From Synechococcales cyanobacterium VAR_4_metabat_354 (GTDB taxonomy: Bacteria; Cyanobacteriota; Cyanobacteriia; Cyanobacteriales; Chamaesiphonaceae), in contig JANOQI010000036.1 of NCBI GenBank assembly GCA_031414775.1, forward strand, positions 32,001 to 96,000: a DNA stretch of 64,000 nucleotides, in the 5' to 3' direction. Positions 60,801 to 64,000 of the stretch are shown here, one piece after another. The first letter of the stretch is position 1; each line of letters starts with the position of its first letter. Below the pieces are notes generated by a model that saw nothing but the letters and a program-made list of their open reading frames with translations, did no database searches and was not told the DNA's origin. The position numbers were made by a program, and so were the translations under genes.

Positions 60801-61525
60801 TCGCAACTAGTAGCGCCACTGCTTCGATCGCGCCCCGCAGTACTTCGGAGTTTAGTGCTAATACACCAATTACATTAGGTAATCCCAACTTATTATTAGT
60901 TAAACGGATTACCAAAATCAATAATTCTCAGTTGATTGGTAGCCAGTATGACTTATCTAAATATATTAATGACCCAAATGATTTCTATGATGACAATGTT
61001 TTAACATCACCAATGCCAGTGCAGGTTCCCACCCTCCGACCGGACACGAATAAATGGCCAAATACACCCAATTCCACTAGTAGCACATTCTTGATTGGCG
61101 GTATTAATGGGGGCAGCGTTAAGCCCCAGGATGAGATTGAATATACCATCTACTTTCTCTCCACTGGCGATAGCACAGCCACTAACGTCTTATTCTGCGA
61201 TCGCGTTCCCAGTAATGTCACTTTTGTGCCGACAGCTTTTAATACTTATACCCTTAAAGCCACAGGCGGCATCAACGACAGTCGTGGTATTGTCGCTCTC
61301 CTGAATGGCAATACCGAATCTTACACGAATGTTGCTGATGGAGATGCTGCTCGCTACTTTCCAGCAGGTAGCAATCCCCAAGACGTTTACCCTAAAGTGA
61401 ATTGTAATGGAACCAATGACAATGGTGCCGTTGTAGTTAATTTAGGCAGTTTACCCCCGGCTACGACTCCCGGCAATCCCATTGATTCTTACGGATTTGT
61501 GCGTTTCCGGGGTCAGGTTAAGTAA
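57857..61525 (+). CDS. Large secreted surface protein: SdrD-B-like, beta helix, shared C-terminal domain
   Basis: Signal-like ..LPAVA; IAGTVFEDVNYGGG; NTNDAGQGSLRQFI; TSEFS; LLVKRIT...YGFVRFRGQVK. Confidence 0.85.
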   Translation: MKSMPPVPRYQQDQSHPVSDNYQAKEWQIASQITKLAIGLSVLGYSLPAVAGNCTTGGGTADLSTIPYISAEVSNSSTVSQNITNAQNNADILDDKWRTAILPQTSTSWASTNTGSISNNVLNLFTINGISVDVALVNVDSSGNCAGAVNSGTSSPELNNALTLQGGAPRPSSLPSTLASYWNENTGSTSNRNGVLFTFSQPVSAFGAWFGDLETRSGANGTPAILRLLDATGNRIGSDILITPSDISNNGGSFVALDQSTCSNIANGCGNNSTRWVGFVDSTARVKQALVIVGDQTTSASTGGNGEHLSFIGANLVSANIAGTVFEDVNYGGGAGRPLNTTATARRPGARVELYDGSGVFKAFTTTDSNGIYKFGYTNVTGGIVPGNYTVRVVNNTVTSSRTGSASTLLPVQTFRTNGLTTDNIGTADPNRVGGETPKLVDAGNGSATVSSLTTTTTTAQSITPITVGTAGAAGIDFGFNFDTIVNTNDAGQGSLRQFITNSNALKGEGSLIQVGQPAGYETSIFMIPNSVSNPGQNTGYTNQLTGGIAVINLSSGLSITDPKTRLDGSTQTTNIKATPGGAETNPGQIGTGGTVGTSTSLANSLAKFDRPEIEIKGKYTLTATGSYNEIKNIAFNASNISVSGSNSLVQDNLVGMSANGSVDAITAGVPSYGITAGAASNINIKHNYVRVNNSGIRRDNNGSNLIVEYNEVDVPSSGHAAPYDGILLINTGSNDTIRYNLVKNMGGAGAEIGFGSGTFTNTLIDNNTFKHNGYIGTNPSRETMGVVVYSAFNSQISLSNNVITESSGSGVVVLGSTGLSLTKNSIFQNGAIGNGAGLSIDLDPINRGPNTYDTANGVTPNTGTVSASLPNGGMNYPIFTKVQRVGNTLKLEGYIGNTPAGNSAFTGATIEIYKADNDSNQNGQVIAGDNLNKPHGEGRYWIGNLTAGTNGLFNFSLPIPASLTDGLTTTTLGATDEITAIATSSATASIAPRSTSEFSANTPITLGNPNLLLVKRITKINNSQLIGSQYDLSKYINDPNDFYDDNVLTSPMPVQVPTLRPDTNKWPNTPNSTSSTFLIGGINGGSVKPQDEIEYTIYFLSTGDSTATNVLFCDRVPSNVTFVPTAFNTYTLKATGGINDSRGIVALLNGNTESYTNVADGDAARYFPAGSNPQDVYPKVNCNGTNDNGAVVVNLGSLPPATTPGNPIDSYGFVRFRGQVK

Positions 61526-61528
61526 GTT

Positions 61529-62035
61529 TTACAGTTTGGCTAAGTTCTGTCGATCGATCACAATATCCAACTCAGCATGATCACGACTAGTCAGATCGCG
61601 AGTTACCTCGCCTAAATACAACGGTTCCGATACACCTGGCTGAGGATGAGCAATCGTCCGCAATCTCACATGCATTTTGCCATCAGCAGCTCCACCCCGC
61701 CCATAAGAATAGAGATCATTAGCAGCTTGGCGCAGTGTAGCCTCAGTTTGCTCGTAAGTCAGATGGGCATCAGCCACGGCAATTACCACCTGACTATTGC
61801 CGTTGTCATAAATAAGAGAGTATCGACTTGCTCCCGGCAAAGCCGATCGAGGGGCAAGACCTAGTCCCAGTCCAAATAGTCCTACGGTCAGCACTATCAT
61901 AAAACCAGTGACTCCCACCAACCGAAAGCGAAACCCCCATTTAGCAACTAGGCCAATAATCATAAGCAGAGCAATCGCGATCGTCGCAATAGCGCTGTAC
62001 TTGCCATATTCTAGGATAGATTCAGGGGTAAACAT
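61529..62035 (-). CDS. ycf51: Ycf51 family protein (DUF2518)
   Basis: WGFRFRLVGVTGFM, YDNG, EATLRQAA.DL.SYGR, HPQPGVSEPLYLG. Confidence 0.85.
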   Translation of the reverse strand: MFTPESILEYGKYSAIATIAIALLMIIGLVAKWGFRFRLVGVTGFMIVLTVGLFGLGLGLAPRSALPGASRYSLIYDNGNSQVVIAVADAHLTYEQTEATLRQAANDLYSYGRGGAADGKMHVRLRTIAHPQPGVSEPLYLGEVTRDLTSRDHAELDIVIDRQNLAKL

Positions 62036-62511
62036 TAGCCTTCAGCCTCATTACTGACAAAATCTGCGGTTGCTTCCTTGTTTGCGGACTGCAACGCCGC
62101 CCGTAAGGTATGCCAGCTCAGGTTAGCACACTTAATTCGCACTGGAAACTGCGCCACGCCTTTCAGAACATTCAGCTTGCGCAGGTCATGGGGAAATTCT
62201 ACTTCACCGCGCATCATCCCTTGGAAATTTTTTACCATGCTTAATGCCTCGGCTACAGTTTTGCCGCGCAGTGCTCCGGCCATCAAATCCGCCGAGGAAA
62301 TCGCGATCGCACAACCTTCACCCGTAAATTTGACATCAACAATGTTGTCACCATCCAGTTGCAGCGTCAGTTCGATCATGTCCCCGCAGGAAGGATTATG
62401 ACCTTTTTGATATCGATCGATCGGATTAGTAGTGCCTTTGTGCTTAGGCTTTTTATAATGCTCCAGAATTACTTGCTGGTAAAGATCGCGGACGTTACCT
62501 AGATTAGTCAT
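62035..62511 (-). CDS. sufU: SUF system NifU-family Fe-S assembly protein
   Basis: LYQQVILEHYKKP, NPSCGD, FTGEGCAI, FPVRIKCA; true start MTNLG at 62511 (ORF track over-extends). Confidence 0.92.
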   Translation of the reverse strand: MTNLGNVRDLYQQVILEHYKKPKHKGTTNPIDRYQKGHNPSCGDMIELTLQLDGDNIVDVKFTGEGCAIAISSADLMAGALRGKTVAEALSMVKNFQGMMRGEVEFPHDLRKLNVLKGVAQFPVRIKCANLSWHTLRAALQSANKEATADFVSNEAEG

Positions 62512-62715
62512 GGTGCCAAGGATAGAGCTTTGCTTTAATTTAGCATTGATGGGGAAAGGGGGTTTTCCGCACTGGCCGCAAAACTTTAATTCCGTGGATT
62601 TACTGAGTAATAAAGTTGGTGGTTTTGGGAAGATCCGTAGATCAACCCTGTTGCTGCTGGGGCTATTTGGCGAAGATGTAAATGTTCGATAAACATCGCA
62701 TCCGCTTCCCACCCA

Positions 62716-63516
62716 ATGGCCACCCCCAACACTGCTGCTAATCCTTCGGAAAATCGTACTACTGCATCAATGTCTTTGTTGACGGCCTATCACGCCAAAC
62801 CGAGCGTTGCCGTTCGCAACAAATTAGTCTTACTCAATGCTGGTTTGGTGAGACAAGTGGCCCATCGTTTGAGCCGCCAGTGTGTGGAAACTTATCAAGA
62901 TTTAGAACAAATTGGCTATCTTGGTCTAATCCGGGCGATCGAACGCTTCAATCCTTATCAAGGCTGTGCCTTTAGCTCTTTTGCCGTCCCCTACATTCGC
63001 GGCGAAATTCTCCATTTTCTGCGCGATCGAAGCAGTGTGGTGAAGATTCCTCGCCGTTGGCAAGAACTAAAAAGAGAAGGCGAAAAGATGCGGCAGCATC
63101 TCACCTTAATTCTCGATCGGAAGCCCACCGATGCCGAAATTGCGGATGCGCTGCAAATTACCATTCAAGAATGGGGCGAAACCCAATCAGCTGATCACAA
63201 TCGCCAAACTTTAAGCCTTGATGCTACCGTCAGTCACCTAATGGATTGCCCAGTGACTTTAGGTGATAGTCTGCCTGACACCCGTGAACAACAGCGTCAA
63301 TACGTAGACGAGGAGTGTCAGCAGCTAGCAGGTATGATTAATCAATTAGAGATCAAAACGCAACAAGCGATCGAATACGTCTATATCAAGGGAATGCCTC
63401 GCAAAGAAGCTGCTAAAAAGATTGGGGTCAGCCCCATGACAGTGACTCGTCATCTGCAAAGAGGAGTAAAGCAGCTATCTTCAATGATGCATGTAGAAGA
63501 TAGTTTGGCTATGTAG
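62716..63516 (+). CDS. sigF: RNA polymerase sigma factor SigF
   Basis: RNKLVLLNAGLVRQVAH, DLEQIGYLGLIRAIERF, FAVPYIRGEILHFLRD, GVSPMTVTR. Confidence 0.92.
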   Translation: MATPNTAANPSENRTTASMSLLTAYHAKPSVAVRNKLVLLNAGLVRQVAHRLSRQCVETYQDLEQIGYLGLIRAIERFNPYQGCAFSSFAVPYIRGEILHFLRDRSSVVKIPRRWQELKREGEKMRQHLTLILDRKPTDAEIADALQITIQEWGETQSADHNRQTLSLDATVSHLMDCPVTLGDSLPDTREQQRQYVDEECQQLAGMINQLEIKTQQAIEYVYIKGMPRKEAAKKIGVSPMTVTRHLQRGVKQLSSMMHVEDSLAM

Positions 63517-64000
63517 TGAATTTGTCGTTACCACTGCCCAATAGTTCGGAGACAAATTGGTGAAAAAGGGGCGTATAAAAATACAAAAAAACAGTAAAAA
63601 CTATTTTTACTTCCAAGCAACATGAGCCGATAAAGCCTCCATCAATACGGTTTTCATAAAAGTGAGACTTCCACAAGAATACAGCTGTACAACCGGCTAA
63701 AATTATAATATTCAACAAGACTACAATAATTCAATTTAGACTAAGTTTCAGCCAATTCACGCATCACGCTATCTGTTAGATAAGAAAAATTGATCGAGTC
63801 CAATATATTCTATAAAAATAATTTTACTCTACGGACTCATTTAGTACACGTTTAAACTCCGATAAATCGGCGATTGCTTGTGAACTTCAGTATTTAAGGA
63901 CACAGAAAATGAAATTCAGATTGTCCATCATTCATACGAATTAAGTAGAGATCTCGATCATCCATGATCTCAAAACTGCATGATTCACTTCAGAAAAAAC

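Noticed and set aside
44470..61381. Many short antisense and alternate-frame ORFs inside the adhesin genes (likewise in metH and the WD40 gene)
   Set aside because: Shadow ORFs of long genes with no independent evidence.
52600..61525. Diversity-generating retroelement (TR/VR) among the similar adhesin 3' ends
   Set aside because: No reverse transcriptase in the window, differences are not adenine-specific, and all copies are coding paralogs.
62512..62712. N-terminal extension of SufU in the ORF track
   Set aside because: Occupies the sigF/sufU divergent promoter region; homology begins at MTNLG (62511).
63509..63718. 69-aa minus-strand ORF after sigF
   Set aside because: TTG start, AT-rich, no recognisable motif; probably non-coding.

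Overview
Chromosomal segment of a cyanobacterium: CGATCG/HIP1-like octamers are very dense, often as TCGATCGA, and it carries typical cyanobacterial genes (ycf51, sigF, sphR/sphS, Uma2 nucleases). Left to right: end of a phosphonate ABC operon (phnC-phnE); a minus-strand run parD-parE-vWA-tubulin/FtsZ-like-MotA/ZorA-like-MotB/ZorB-like, which is the best candidate for an undescribed Zorya-like defence or membrane-remodelling system; metH; a decayed vapBC; an HTH-NB-ARC-WD40 STAND gene divergent from a lipoxygenase; housekeeping genes (fni, pyrR, aroQ, queE, folP, pyrD) and an uncalled 42-aa ORF; a phosphate-starvation cluster (phoA, Crp-type regulator with Pho boxes, sphR, porin, sphS, phoU); a Uma2 cluster with a tandem duplication whose two leaders contain a ~143-nt stem-loop element with compensatory base changes (candidate novel ncRNA); five large mosaic secreted DUF11/GEVED/beta-helix proteins sharing one C-terminal domain; and ycf51, sufU, sigF. 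No rRNA, tRNA, CRISPR array or intact transposase was seen. All calls come from motif recognition by eye; no searches were run.
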